Source: Alphaproteobacteria bacterium
GTDB taxonomy: Bacteria > Pseudomonadota > Alphaproteobacteria > SP197
Direction: 5' to 3'
Assembly (NCBI GenBank): GCA_964291415.2
Contig: OZ219917.1
Coordinates: 64,001-128,000, forward strand
Length of the DNA stretch: 64,000 nucleotides
Shown: positions 42,375 through 51,963 of the stretch, piece by piece
How positions within the stretch are numbered: position 1 is the first letter of the stretch
How the letters are laid out: every line of letters begins with the position of its first letter
The notes under the pieces: model-generated
What the model was told of the DNA's origin: nothing
Databases searched by the model: none
The model's input: the letters and a program-made list of their open reading frames with translations, nothing else
Made by a program: the position numbers and the translations under genes

Positions 42375-43664
42375 ATGAGTGACGGCAAGACGATTGTTTT
42401 CTTCCCCGAGGCCGCATTCGGGCCGGCCCTCAATTCGGTGGGCATCGCCCAGGTCTGCCGCGACATGGGGCACCGGCCGGTGTTCCTGGCGGATCCCGGA
42501 TTTGCCGGGGTCTTTGCGGACTACGGCTTCGAGGAGCATGCCGTGCCGATGTCCGAGCCCATGGAGCCCGAAGCCATGGCGCGGTACTGGTCGGACTTCA
42601 TCAACGGCCAGATTCCGAACTTCCACACACCGCCCATCGAACAGGTCTCGACCTACATCAAGGCCTGCTGGGAGGCGATCGTCGAAACCGCCGTATGGGC
42701 CGAGAAGTCCCTTCCCGGCGTCCTTTCAAGAGTCGAGCCCGATCTCATCTGTGTCGACAACGTGGTCCTGTTCCCCGCCACCAAGCGCCACGGCGCGCCC
42801 TGGGTGAGGATCATCTCGTGCAGCGAGAACGAGATCGAGGATCCGGATATCCCGCCCCACCTGTCAGGGTGCCGCGAGGATGATCCGGAAGGCTTCCGTC
42901 TCTATCGCGAAGCCTTCGAGAGGGAAATCGCCCCCATCCACGCACAGTTCAACGAGTTCCTCGCATCGTGTGGCGAGGAGCCCTATCCGCTCGGGCAGTT
43001 CTTCGAAACCTCTCCCTGGCTCAACCTTCTCCACTATCCCAAGCCCCTCGCCTTCCAGCGCCGCCACCCCCTGGACGAGGAGAAGTTCGTCTACCTCGAG
43101 GGCTGCATCCGGGAGGAAGATCCCTACACCGTCCCGGACTTCGCGGCCAACCAGGACGGACCGCTCGTCTACGTCAGCTTCGGCAGCCTGGGATCGGGCG
43201 ACACGGACCTCATGAAACGCCTGATGGCAACGCTGGGCACGCTGCCCATGAGGGTGCTGGTCAACGTCGGGGACTATAGCGAGGCCTACGACCATGTGCC
43301 GCCGAACTGCCATGTCGACAGCTGGTATCCGCAGCCTTCGGTCATCGCCGAAGTCGACGCCGTCATCCATCACGGCGGCAACAACAGCTTCAACGAGTGT
43401 CTCTACTTCGGCAAGCCGTCGCTGATCATGCCCTATTGCTGGGACGGCCACGACAACGCGACCCACATCGACGAGAGGGGCTACGGCCTCGCCATGGAAC
43501 GCTACACCTGGAAGGACGCGGACATCGCCGCCGCTCTCGAGAGGCTGCTGACCGACGCCGCCATGAAGCAGCGACTCGCGTCCCTCTCGGCGCACATGCA
43601 GGCCGAGGACGGCCGCCGCAAGGGCGCCAGGGAGCTCGACCGCCTGCTCCGGAAGAGCGCATGA
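42375..43664 (+). CDS. UDP-glycosyltransferase (GT1/MGT family)
   Basis: VYVSFGSLG, WYPQ..V....DAVIHHGGNNS.NE.L.FGKP...P..WD. Confidence 0.85.
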   Translation: MSDGKTIVFFPEAAFGPALNSVGIAQVCRDMGHRPVFLADPGFAGVFADYGFEEHAVPMSEPMEPEAMARYWSDFINGQIPNFHTPPIEQVSTYIKACWEAIVETAVWAEKSLPGVLSRVEPDLICVDNVVLFPATKRHGAPWVRIISCSENEIEDPDIPPHLSGCREDDPEGFRLYREAFEREIAPIHAQFNEFLASCGEEPYPLGQFFETSPWLNLLHYPKPLAFQRRHPLDEEKFVYLEGCIREEDPYTVPDFAANQDGPLVYVSFGSLGSGDTDLMKRLMATLGTLPMRVLVNVGDYSEAYDHVPPNCHVDSWYPQPSVIAEVDAVIHHGGNNSFNECLYFGKPSLIMPYCWDGHDNATHIDERGYGLAMERYTWKDADIAAALERLLTDAAMKQRLASLSAHMQAEDGRRKGARELDRLLRKSA

Positions 43665-43999
43665 TGCAGGCGTCGGTCCTCGCCAGGGGACCACTCGTCG
43701 ACTGGGGACCGGTCGAAACGCCCCTGGGCGAGCCCGTGTCGCAGACGTCGGGACGGCTCCTTGAAGGCGGGTCCGGCTGCTTCCCCGAGGCCGGGTACTG
43801 GCGCTGCACCGAAGGCCGCTGGCGCTGCGAAATCGCGCGGAGCGAGTTCTGCCACTTTCTCGAGGGCGAGTGCACCTACACGAGCGATGACGGCGCCGTC
43901 ATCGACGTGACCGGCGGCCAGACAGTGTGGTTCCCCGAGGGCTGGAAGGGCGAATGCCGGGTCCTGAAGACCGTCTCCAAGGTCTACCTCATCGTCTGA
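43661..43999 (+). CDS. Cupin domain protein (DUF861/EutQ-like)
   Basis: GYWRCTEG.W, EFCHFLEG, FPEGWKG...V..TVSKVY. Confidence 0.85.
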   Translation: MMQASVLARGPLVDWGPVETPLGEPVSQTSGRLLEGGSGCFPEAGYWRCTEGRWRCEIARSEFCHFLEGECTYTSDDGAVIDVTGGQTVWFPEGWKGECRVLKTVSKVYLIV

Positions 44000-45303
44000 C
44001 CGCCCTCCCGAGGCGCGCCAGGAGCTGTCTCGCTCTCCTTTGCGTCCTGTGGCTCCACGCGCCGGCCTGGGGTTCCGCCACCACCGCACAACTCGAGGAG
44101 TTCACCAGAACCGTCCTGGAGTCAGTCCCGGGCGGGAACGCCATCGCCTACCGGATCGCCATGACCGATGCGGACGATGGCGCCGTCATCGCCACGCTCT
44201 TCGACATCTCCCTGCCTGATGCGGCCACGCCAATCGTTGTCGACGACATCGCCGTCACCTGGAGACCGGCAGGTGGCCGGCTCTACTCCGCGTCCATGAC
44301 GTTGCCGGCTGTCAGCGCGCTCGATGACGAAGGCAACACGATCGCCCGCCTCATGGCAGGCGGCGGGACGCTCGACCTCTTCGTCCACATCGATACCGGC
44401 CACCTCGAATCCGCCGACCTGGACGCCACTGGCGTGACGCTGTCCCTGGCCGAGGGCGCGGCGACGATCCGCATCGACCACCTGGCGGCGTCCGTGACAC
44501 CCGAAGAGGTCACACCCGCAACATGGGCGGGTCGGGCTCAACTCGACCTGGACGGGCTGGACGTGACGGGACGTGACGGGACGACCGTCACGCTGGCCCG
44601 CGGCCATGCCACCACGCGGTTCCGCGGAATCCCGGCGACACCGGCCGAGGGGATTCTTCCGGAGGGGGCCTCCCTCAAGGGCGCGGTCACCCTGGAGGGA
44701 CTGTCCGGAGGCGGCGGATCCGGCGTGCGCGGCGTCCTGGATTCATCTCTCCTGGAGTTCACCGTGTCGGGCACCGGCGGCAACCTGGGCGCCATCGAAC
44801 TGGAGTACAGCCACGAGGGGCTCGCCATCGAGGACGCCGGCCTGGCGCCGGTCATGCCACGTTCCCTGGCTGGTGACGTGACCCTTGGCGCCGTGCCGGT
44901 CGCAGACCTGCCGGCGGCCTTCGCCCGACCCTTCGGGAGCGCCGTGCCGGAGGGCGCCACGCTCGGACTTGACCTCGACTGGACATGGCCCGACGGCACC
45001 GGCAGCGTCAGCGGCCAACTCGCATCGGCGCCGCTTGCGCCGGTGCCGGCAACCGGGAATGTCCGGTTCGTCACCAGTGGCCTGGAGGGCCTGGTCGAGA
45101 ATGTGATGGCGGCGGCGCACGCGGGCAACCGGCAGGCGCGCCACCTTGTCACCTACCTTGCCCTTTTCAGGGCCATGGGCCGCCACGACGAGACGGCTTC
45201 AGAGCCGCGTCTCGTCCATGACATCGTGCTGCTTCCCGACAACAGGATCCTGGTGAACGACAACGACATCAACATCCTCCTCAGCCTGCTGAACGCCGAC
45301 TGA
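43996..45303 (+). CDS. Secreted hypothetical protein, paralog of the convergent downstream gene
   Basis: Signal-peptide-like LALLCVLWLHAPAWG; C-terminus resembles 45465..46967; start unclear (CTG overlapping the upstream TGA?). Confidence 0.65.
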   Translation: MTALPRRARSCLALLCVLWLHAPAWGSATTAQLEEFTRTVLESVPGGNAIAYRIAMTDADDGAVIATLFDISLPDAATPIVVDDIAVTWRPAGGRLYSASMTLPAVSALDDEGNTIARLMAGGGTLDLFVHIDTGHLESADLDATGVTLSLAEGAATIRIDHLAASVTPEEVTPATWAGRAQLDLDGLDVTGRDGTTVTLARGHATTRFRGIPATPAEGILPEGASLKGAVTLEGLSGGGGSGVRGVLDSSLLEFTVSGTGGNLGAIELEYSHEGLAIEDAGLAPVMPRSLAGDVTLGAVPVADLPAAFARPFGSAVPEGATLGLDLDWTWPDGTGSVSGQLASAPLAPVPATGNVRFVTSGLEGLVENVMAAAHAGNRQARHLVTYLALFRAMGRHDETASEPRLVHDIVLLPDNRILVNDNDINILLSLLNAD

Positions 45304-45464
45304 ACCTGTTGCCGCACGCGCCAGATCCCGACGCGTCGCCTGATCGGACTGTCTCTTCCTCCGGAGAAGCAAGACCGGATCCTGCACCGTCTCCGCGCAA
45401 CCGGCCGAAGAGGTCGGGCGCCTCGCAGAGCGCCGGAATTCCGGGCTTGCGAAAGGGGCGGGCC

Positions 45465-46967
45465 CTAGCGCATCGCGTCTTCCAGCACCAGGCCTCCCAT
45501 GTCGTTGCCGTTGAGCAGGATGCGGCCTTCCGGAGCGAGCTCGAGGTCGTAGACGTGCCGTGCCGCGCTGCCCTCCCCGACACGCCGGCCCATCGCCTGC
45601 ATGGCGCCAAGCACCTGTACGATGTCATGCGCTTCCGAATCGCCCGAGGCCGCCAGGCCTGTCGCGCGCTCGGTGAGACCGTCGAGGCCGAGCACCTCGA
45701 GCCGCGCCGTGCCGACAGCCATCAGGGGCGACTGACCGGATGCGGTGAACCCTCCGGAAAGGTCCGCCTGCAGCGCGGCGCTCTCGAAGCCCAGGCGCTC
45801 GATCTCGAACACGCTGCCTGCCTGCAGCACGTGCTGCAGGGCAAGCATTGCGAAATCCCCGGCCTCGAAGGGGACGAGATCGATGAGGTCGTTGCGAACC
45901 ATGTCCACGCCCAGGACCGCCAGATCGCGGGAGGGCAGGTCACGGAGCGCCAGGCGCAGGTCGAAGGCATGGGGCGCGAGATCGGCATCCAGGCCGGACG
46001 CCGGAATGGCGAGACCGTCATGAGCATACTCGACGACGAGGGAGGCCGCATCGGTGTCCAGCCCCTCCATCGTCATGGCGAGGTTCAGGGCGTCGAAACT
46101 GACCTCATCGAGCGAGTCGGGATCGCGCAGGAAGAAATCCGTCAGGACGACCGTCATGGACATGCTTTCCATGAGGGGTGCCCGCGCCATGGCCATATCC
46201 GCGAGCCGGGCGGCGGTCTCCTTCATCCGCTCCTCGTCCGGCGGCCCGGTGCTCTCCATCTCCTGGAACGCTTCGCTCGCGGCGGCGAGAAAAACGAGGT
46301 CCCAGCCGCCATAGGCGCCCTCGGCATTGAACCGCGCGAGTCCGAGCCCTTCAAAGCCGTCCACGCTGAGCCGGACGCCCTCGACGCTCATGGAGCCGGG
46401 ACCGCTCCACTTGCCGTCCCGGTCTTCCTGGAGCGATGACCGCAGCGCCACCTGGTCGACGGAGAGCCGAAACTCCCCTTCGTAGGGAAACGTTCCGTGG
46501 AAGAACAGGTCCGTGAAGAGGCAGTCGGAGTCGGTCCAGGAGTCGATGCCGGGAACGTAGGTTCCGACGCACCGCTGGCTGCCGAGCGTGGTGCCGCCGA
46601 TCAGTGCGCGCTCGCCGTCGTAGAGCGACGTGGTCCGGGGCAGCCGCAGCGTCGCGCGGTAGCGGCCCGGACCGTCCGGAACCAGAACGAGTCCCACATC
46701 GCCGATCCTCCAGACGACGTCGTGTCCGAAAAGAATGATGTCGCGCACGTCGAACGAGATGGCGCCGCCTGCGTCCTCGCTCACGTCAACGATGTAGGAA
46801 ACGCCGCCGCCGTCGCGTTCCATCTCGACCGAGACCTGGTCCATGAACCTTTCGACCTGCTGCCGCAGAAGCGAGGCCGCGTCGGACTCGTCGGCCGTGA
46901 CCTGCGCCACGGCGGGAGAGGCTGCCAGGGCCGCGCACAGGACAATGGCGGACATCGGCCGGGTCAC
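45465..46967 (-). CDS. Secreted hypothetical protein (DUF2125/YdgA-like beta-rich)
   Basis: Signal peptide AIVLCAALAASPAVA; long ORF; C-terminal YDLELAPEGRILLNGNDM. Confidence 0.7.
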   Translation of the reverse strand: MTRPMSAIVLCAALAASPAVAQVTADESDAASLLRQQVERFMDQVSVEMERDGGGVSYIVDVSEDAGGAISFDVRDIILFGHDVVWRIGDVGLVLVPDGPGRYRATLRLPRTTSLYDGERALIGGTTLGSQRCVGTYVPGIDSWTDSDCLFTDLFFHGTFPYEGEFRLSVDQVALRSSLQEDRDGKWSGPGSMSVEGVRLSVDGFEGLGLARFNAEGAYGGWDLVFLAAASEAFQEMESTGPPDEERMKETAARLADMAMARAPLMESMSMTVVLTDFFLRDPDSLDEVSFDALNLAMTMEGLDTDAASLVVEYAHDGLAIPASGLDADLAPHAFDLRLALRDLPSRDLAVLGVDMVRNDLIDLVPFEAGDFAMLALQHVLQAGSVFEIERLGFESAALQADLSGGFTASGQSPLMAVGTARLEVLGLDGLTERATGLAASGDSEAHDIVQVLGAMQAMGRRVGEGSAARHVYDLELAPEGRILLNGNDMGGLVLEDAMR

Positions 46968-47129
46968 GGAGACCTCCCACGAGGTGGGGATGCGATCCTG
47001 CAGGGTAGGGCATGGAGCCCCGCTGCGACAACCCCGCCCGCGCCGCCCGATCGCCGACTTCAGCCGGGAATGGATGGGCAATCGGTTCCGCTTCCCTGGG
47101 GGGCCGCCGGTCACGGCCGGTCATGCCTC

Positions 47130-48191
47130 CTAGTAGGCAATCAGGCTTCGATGCACCAGGAGACCGTCCGGGCGCTGCAACTCGGTGTGCAGCACCCGGT
47201 CCGTCTCGCGCGTTTCCAGGATCAACTCGCCCGGCATGGAAATGCCGGCGGACTCGCCGGTGCGGGCCGCATCGACGAACGCCCCGATCTCGACGAGCGT
47301 CGGCTGTCCGCGCGCCAACACGTCCTTTTCCGCAATGGCTTCCGTGGCCGCCGCGGTCAACTGCCGCGTCCAGAGTTTGCGGAACAGGCCGCCGTTGGCG
47401 AATTCGTCCCCTCCGGCGATCCTGCCGTTGATGGCGAAGACATAGCCGACGGCGTCCCGATGCCCTTGAGCCAGCGAGCCCAGGGTCGACTCGTAGTGCT
47501 CCAGAGCCGCGGCGAGGTCCGCGTTCTCGAGCGACAGCTGCAGGCTCGATGGAGAACGTTCGTCCGCGACGTCCAGCATCATGGCCGAACCGAGATCCGC
47601 CTGCACCGCGCCGACGGACTCCCACACCCGGCTCTGAAGATCCTCGCCGTCCGGCCATGCCGCGAGGTCACCTTCGGGTGCGAACCAGCGTTGCGCCTCC
47701 TTGAAGAGCGCGATCCTGCCGTCCCTCGACGGCAGGCGAGCCGTGGATTGCGAGAACCAGTTCGCCTCCTCTCCGTAGCGTGCGGACCATCGTCCGCTCT
47801 CGACGCAGAAGACGTCGACGGCAAGATCGCCCGAACCGGGCGGCACGATCATGCTGGTGATCAGGACACGGTCCTGCTTGCCACCCTTGAAGATGTCGCC
47901 CGACTGGAGGAAGACCTCGCTGTCGCCCGTATTGCGCACGACGAGTTCCTCGACCACGCCTGTCTCGATGACCTCGATGAGGCCCCGTTGCATCGCCTCG
48001 TCGAGGGTGAGCGGAACGGGACCGTCGTCTGCGCCTTCGCGGTGAATCAGGTAGACGGCCAGGTTGTCGTACGCGTAGGGACCGCTGAACCAGGTGCTCC
48101 CCTGGTCCGCGCCGGCTGCAGCCGGCGTTGTCCATCCCGTCACGATGACGGCGGCCAGAGCGGCGGCCAGCCGGAATCCGTGTCGGCGCAT
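47130..48191 (-). CDS. Secreted ARPP-1 (DUF6569)-like domain protein
   Basis: NLAVYLI...LTLDEA...V.EL.V.N.G...VFL.SGDI.KGGKQDRVL...VFCVESGRW resembles ARPP-1 as recalled; N-terminal signal peptide. Confidence 0.7.
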   Translation of the reverse strand: MRRHGFRLAAALAAVIVTGWTTPAAAGADQGSTWFSGPYAYDNLAVYLIHREGADDGPVPLTLDEAMQRGLIEVIETGVVEELVVRNTGDSEVFLQSGDIFKGGKQDRVLITSMIVPPGSGDLAVDVFCVESGRWSARYGEEANWFSQSTARLPSRDGRIALFKEAQRWFAPEGDLAAWPDGEDLQSRVWESVGAVQADLGSAMMLDVADERSPSSLQLSLENADLAAALEHYESTLGSLAQGHRDAVGYVFAINGRIAGGDEFANGGLFRKLWTRQLTAAATEAIAEKDVLARGQPTLVEIGAFVDAARTGESAGISMPGELILETRETDRVLHTELQRPDGLLVHRSLIAY

Positions 48192-48449
48192 GTGGAACTC
48201 CCTCCCCCAAGACTGCCAATCCGGGTTACGGACTACCTGGCGGATGAGGCAACGGCGCGGCGCAATTGAGGCCATTCATTGTCCGGCATGATCCCCGGCA
48301 CCGACCGGATGCAGGCTCCACCATGGGGCCCATCCGCGCTCACGCCCCGTTGAAGCGCCGCGCCGCACCCTTTATGTCTGGATCCGCAGAACAACACCAA
48401 AGGGCACGGCCGGTGCGAAGAAACCCGCCCCGAGTCAGGGACGACACCC

Positions 48450-49862
48450 ATGGAAGGCGAGTTTGACTTCGATCTGATCTGCATCGGAAGCGGGCCCGCT
48501 GGTCAGCGGGCCGCCGTGCAGGCCGCCAAGCTGCGCAAGCGGGTGGCGGTCGTGGAACGCGGCCTCGATGTGGGCGGTGTCTGCGTTCATACCGGCACCA
48601 TCCCGTCCAAGACCTTTCGCGAGGCGGTACTCACCTTCAACGGACAGCGCCACGGCGCGGCCTATCAGCACAGCCGCTCAGGCGGAATCGGCCACGACGA
48701 ACGGCCGACAGCCGGAACACTGCTGTCGCGCGTCGGCGCGATCGTCAGAACCGAGGCCCGCGTCCAGCAGGACCAGTTGCGGCGCAACGGTGTCGCCATC
48801 GTGCCCGGCACCGCAACGCTGACCAGCCCCAACGGCGTTCTGGTCCACGGACCGGCGGGCAACCGGGAGATGACCGCCCACAAGCTGCTGATCGCAGTCG
48901 GCACCAGGCCCTCGCCCAACATGGACATGCCCACGGGCCTGCCGTGTGTCATCACAAGCGACGACATACTCAAGCTGGGGGAACTCCCGCGCAGCCTGAT
49001 CGTCGTGGGCTGCGGCGTGATCGGCGTGGAGTACGCCTCGATGTTCGCCGCGCTCGGCGTGAAGGTGACGGTGGTCGATGGCCGCGAGCGGCCGCTGGAG
49101 TTTCTCGATGGCGAGATCGTCGACGAGCTGATCCACCAGATGCGCAACAGCATGGTGACGTTCCGTCTGGGCGAATCGGTCGAACATGTGGGCCATCACG
49201 AAGGCCCGCCCGATCAGGCGCTGGTCCACCTGCAGTCGGGAAAGCGTCTGGTGGCCGACCTCGTGCTGGCCTGCACCGGCCGGGTCGGCGCCTCGGAGGC
49301 CCTCGACCTGGAACGCGCCGGCCTGAGCGCTGACGCCCGCGGCCGCATCAAGGTGGGCGAGGACTACCGCTCCGACGTACCCAACATCTTCGCGGCCGGC
49401 GACGTGATCGGATTTCCGAGCCTCGCGGCCACGTCATCGGAGCAGGGCCGGTTGGCCGCGCGCCACGCGTTTGGCCTGCCCGCCGAACCCATGCCCGACC
49501 ACTTTCCCGTGGGCATCTACTCCATCCCCGAGATTTCCATGGTCGGCCAGACGGAGCTGGCGCTGACGCGGCGCAAGGTGCCCTACGAGACCGGCATCGC
49601 CCGCTATCGCGAGATTGCCCGAGGCCAGATCCTCGGTGACGATTCGGGCATGCTGAAGCTGATCTTCCATGCCGAGGACCACAAGTTGCTGGGCGTTCAC
49701 ATCATCGGCTCGGGCGCCACAGAACTGGTCCACATCGGTCAGGCGGTGATCGGGCTGGGCGGGGGGCTCGACTATTTCCTCACGACCGTCTTCAACTATC
49801 CGACGCTCGCCGAGTGCTACAAGGTCGCGGCGCTCGACGCCCACAACAAGCTCCTTCTCTAG
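48450..49862 (+). CDS. sthA: Soluble pyridine nucleotide transhydrogenase
   Basis: GSGPAGQRAA.QAAK, GGVCVHTGTIPSKT.REA, FNYPTLAECYKVAA. Confidence 0.93.
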   Translation: MEGEFDFDLICIGSGPAGQRAAVQAAKLRKRVAVVERGLDVGGVCVHTGTIPSKTFREAVLTFNGQRHGAAYQHSRSGGIGHDERPTAGTLLSRVGAIVRTEARVQQDQLRRNGVAIVPGTATLTSPNGVLVHGPAGNREMTAHKLLIAVGTRPSPNMDMPTGLPCVITSDDILKLGELPRSLIVVGCGVIGVEYASMFAALGVKVTVVDGRERPLEFLDGEIVDELIHQMRNSMVTFRLGESVEHVGHHEGPPDQALVHLQSGKRLVADLVLACTGRVGASEALDLERAGLSADARGRIKVGEDYRSDVPNIFAAGDVIGFPSLAATSSEQGRLAARHAFGLPAEPMPDHFPVGIYSIPEISMVGQTELALTRRKVPYETGIARYREIARGQILGDDSGMLKLIFHAEDHKLLGVHIIGSGATELVHIGQAVIGLGGGLDYFLTTVFNYPTLAECYKVAALDAHNKLLL

Positions 49863-49875
49863 CAGGCGATCCCCT

Positions 49876-50316
49876 TCAGGCCGGCCGGTTCGCGGGCGCC
49901 CCGCCGGCGAGGCCGAGATCCTGCATCACGCTGGCCGGATTGTAGTAGGCGACAATCCGGACGATCCGGCCGTCCCGGAAGTCGGCGATCATCGCGAAAT
50001 CGAAGGCGATCCGGGCTCCGGCCGCCGCGACTCCGTAGAGCGGCGCGCCGTCGTGTGTCATCTCGAGGCGGACCTCCGTCGCGACGCGGCTGCCGCCTAT
50101 CGTCTTGCGCAACGGGGTGGCGCGGCGATCGCTCGACGCCTCGAACCAGCCAGCAGCATAACGCCTGAACGCGTCGCGGCCGTGGAGCGGCTCCTGTCCG
50201 GCGTTGTCGCTGTAGACGACGTCCTCGGCGCACCCTGAGACGAAGCCGTCGAGGTCGCCGGCCGAGAAGGCCGCCCAGGCCGCGTCGATCGCTTCGCTCA
50301 TCCGATCGGGCGTCAT
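49876..50316 (-). CDS. SnoaL-like/NTF2 ester cyclase family protein
   Basis: AFSAGDLD....AEDVVY, GRDA, H.G...G..A.G, FRDGRI....YY. Confidence 0.82.
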   Translation of the reverse strand: MTPDRMSEAIDAAWAAFSAGDLDGFVSGCAEDVVYSDNAGQEPLHGRDAFRRYAAGWFEASSDRRATPLRKTIGGSRVATEVRLEMTHDGAPLYGVAAAGARIAFDFAMIADFRDGRIVRIVAYYNPASVMQDLGLAGGAPANRPA

Positions 50317-50650
50317 GGTCTTGTCCTCCGGGATCATGGCCGACGGGCCGGGACTCTACCCGGCGGGCCGGCCGGGCGTCCAAGGCGACGACCTTTGCGA
50401 CGAGGAGGACGATCAGGGCCGGAACGCCTCGCAAGGTGACACTGGCGGCGTCGGTGCCTCGGCACGCAGGAAAGCGCCTTCACCACAGCACGCACCTTTG
50501 TTTCTAATCTACTGTAATACCTACCCGTTTTCTCTCGACCATTGTTGCGAACGAACGGAATGCGACACTCCCGATCGCGGTAGGGAACCGGGTTGCCCCG
50601 GTCCCCCCCGCGCAGATCCGGACGAGCGCTGTTCGCATCCGGCTCCTCCC

Positions 50651-51488
50651 TCAGGTCCTGACGACGAGCCGTTGGTTTGGCCACGGGTGGCGGATGCTGG
50701 CTTTGGGCCAGTGGGCGGCGGTGAGGAGGTCAATATCCGTCCATTCGGTGCGATCCTTCTGAGATCGTCGCCGAAGCGCACACCTGAACAGCCTGCGGCA
50801 TTGGCGTATGAACCTCTGCAAGTCATGGCCGCTCCCGGGGACGGCAAAGTAGTTGAGCCAGCCATTGATAACTCGCCCAAGCCACTTGGCCGTTTCGTGC
50901 CGGTTGTCGTGCCACCGCATGCTCAGTGCCTCCTTGATCCGCCGCAGAGTGCGGCGGACCCGTTTCCGGGACGGTTTGCGGCCAACCCTGAACCGGCCAT
51001 TCCTCGTCTGCTCGCAGAAGTGCGTCATGCCGAGAAAGTCAAACGTCTCCGGCTTGCCCTGCCCCCGCTTGCGGCGGTTCGCTCTCGCAAACCGACCGAA
51101 CTCGATGAGCCGGGTCTTGTCCGGATGCAGTTCCAGTCCATAGCGGGCCAGCCTCTCCCCGAGGTCCCGGAGGAAGCGCTTCGCATCGCCCAGATGCTGG
51201 AAGCCGCACACAAAATCATCGGCATAACGCACGATGATGGTGTCGCCTCCAGCCATCCGCTTGCGCCATGTGTTGTGGAACCAGTCGTCGAGCACGTAGT
51301 GCAGATAAACGTTCGCAAGGCAGGCCGATACAATCGCCCCCTGCGGCGTTCCCCTGCCGGTGTCCGACCAGTCGGCCCCCTCCATGACGCCGGCGTTGAG
51401 CCACTTGACGATCAGCCTGATGACCCGCTTGTCCCCGATACGTTTCTCGAGCATCCGAACCAGATGGTCCCGGCCGAGATTGTCGAAG
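50651..51488 (-). CDS. ltrA: Group II intron RT/maturase, C-terminal part (RT3-7, X)
   Basis: FDNLGRDHL..., GTPQGA.VS..LANVYLHY.LD, RYADDF, LHPDKTR, FDFLG; no endonuclease domain. Confidence 0.92.
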
Positions 51489-51813
51489 GACCACCCGACA
51501 CACTACCCACCTCCGTGAGCTTCCGGTCTCGGTCAGGATTACGCGCGAGGCGCATCCCTATCAGGGCCAGTCGCTTGAAGTCCTGAAGCAGATTCGCCGG
51601 CAGGACGGCGTCCTGCTTCTTCTCCTTCTTGGTCCTGACGGCAGCCGCCGTCTTGTTCCCGTCGAGTGGACGGATGCCGTGCCCGGCGATGCCACCGGAC
51701 AACCGGGGACCGGTCATCAACTCACAGCCGGACCGCACGATCTGTTGCACTTGCGATCTCTCGTCGATGCTCTGCTCGCTCGTTCTGAAGCGGAGCCCTG
51801 TCGATGCAACTGA
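51481..51813 (+). CDS. DUF5372-like small accessory protein (no canonical start inside the element)
   Basis: Manual translation: ...VRITREAHPYQGQSLEVLKQIRRQDGVLLLLLLGPDGSRRLVPVEWTD...LLHLRSLVDALL; family assigned from memory. Confidence 0.6.
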   Translation, partial: CRRTTRHTTHLRELPVSVRITREAHPYQGQSLEVLKQIRRQDGVLLLLLLGPDGSRRLVPVEWTDAVPGDATGQPGTGHQLTAGPHDLLHLRSLVDALLARSEAEPCRCN

Positions 51814-51963
51814 ACCTGATCTTTCCGGGAACCCGGGAACCGCACGAGGAGCTGTGGACAGCCCTCGACGAGGAGACACGCCGCGTCGTGCTCGGAACGG
51901 CTGGCCGAGGTCATCGCCAAGGCGGCACCGGAGAAGCCCCAGGCGGAGAGCATCGGACCATGA
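51804..51963 (+). CDS. Small helical accessory protein upstream of the recombinase (1-nt insertion near 51893)
   Basis: MQLNLIFP...LWTALDEETRRVVL/ERLAEVIAKAA...GP*; corrected stop overlaps the recombinase ATG (ATGA). Confidence 0.55.
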
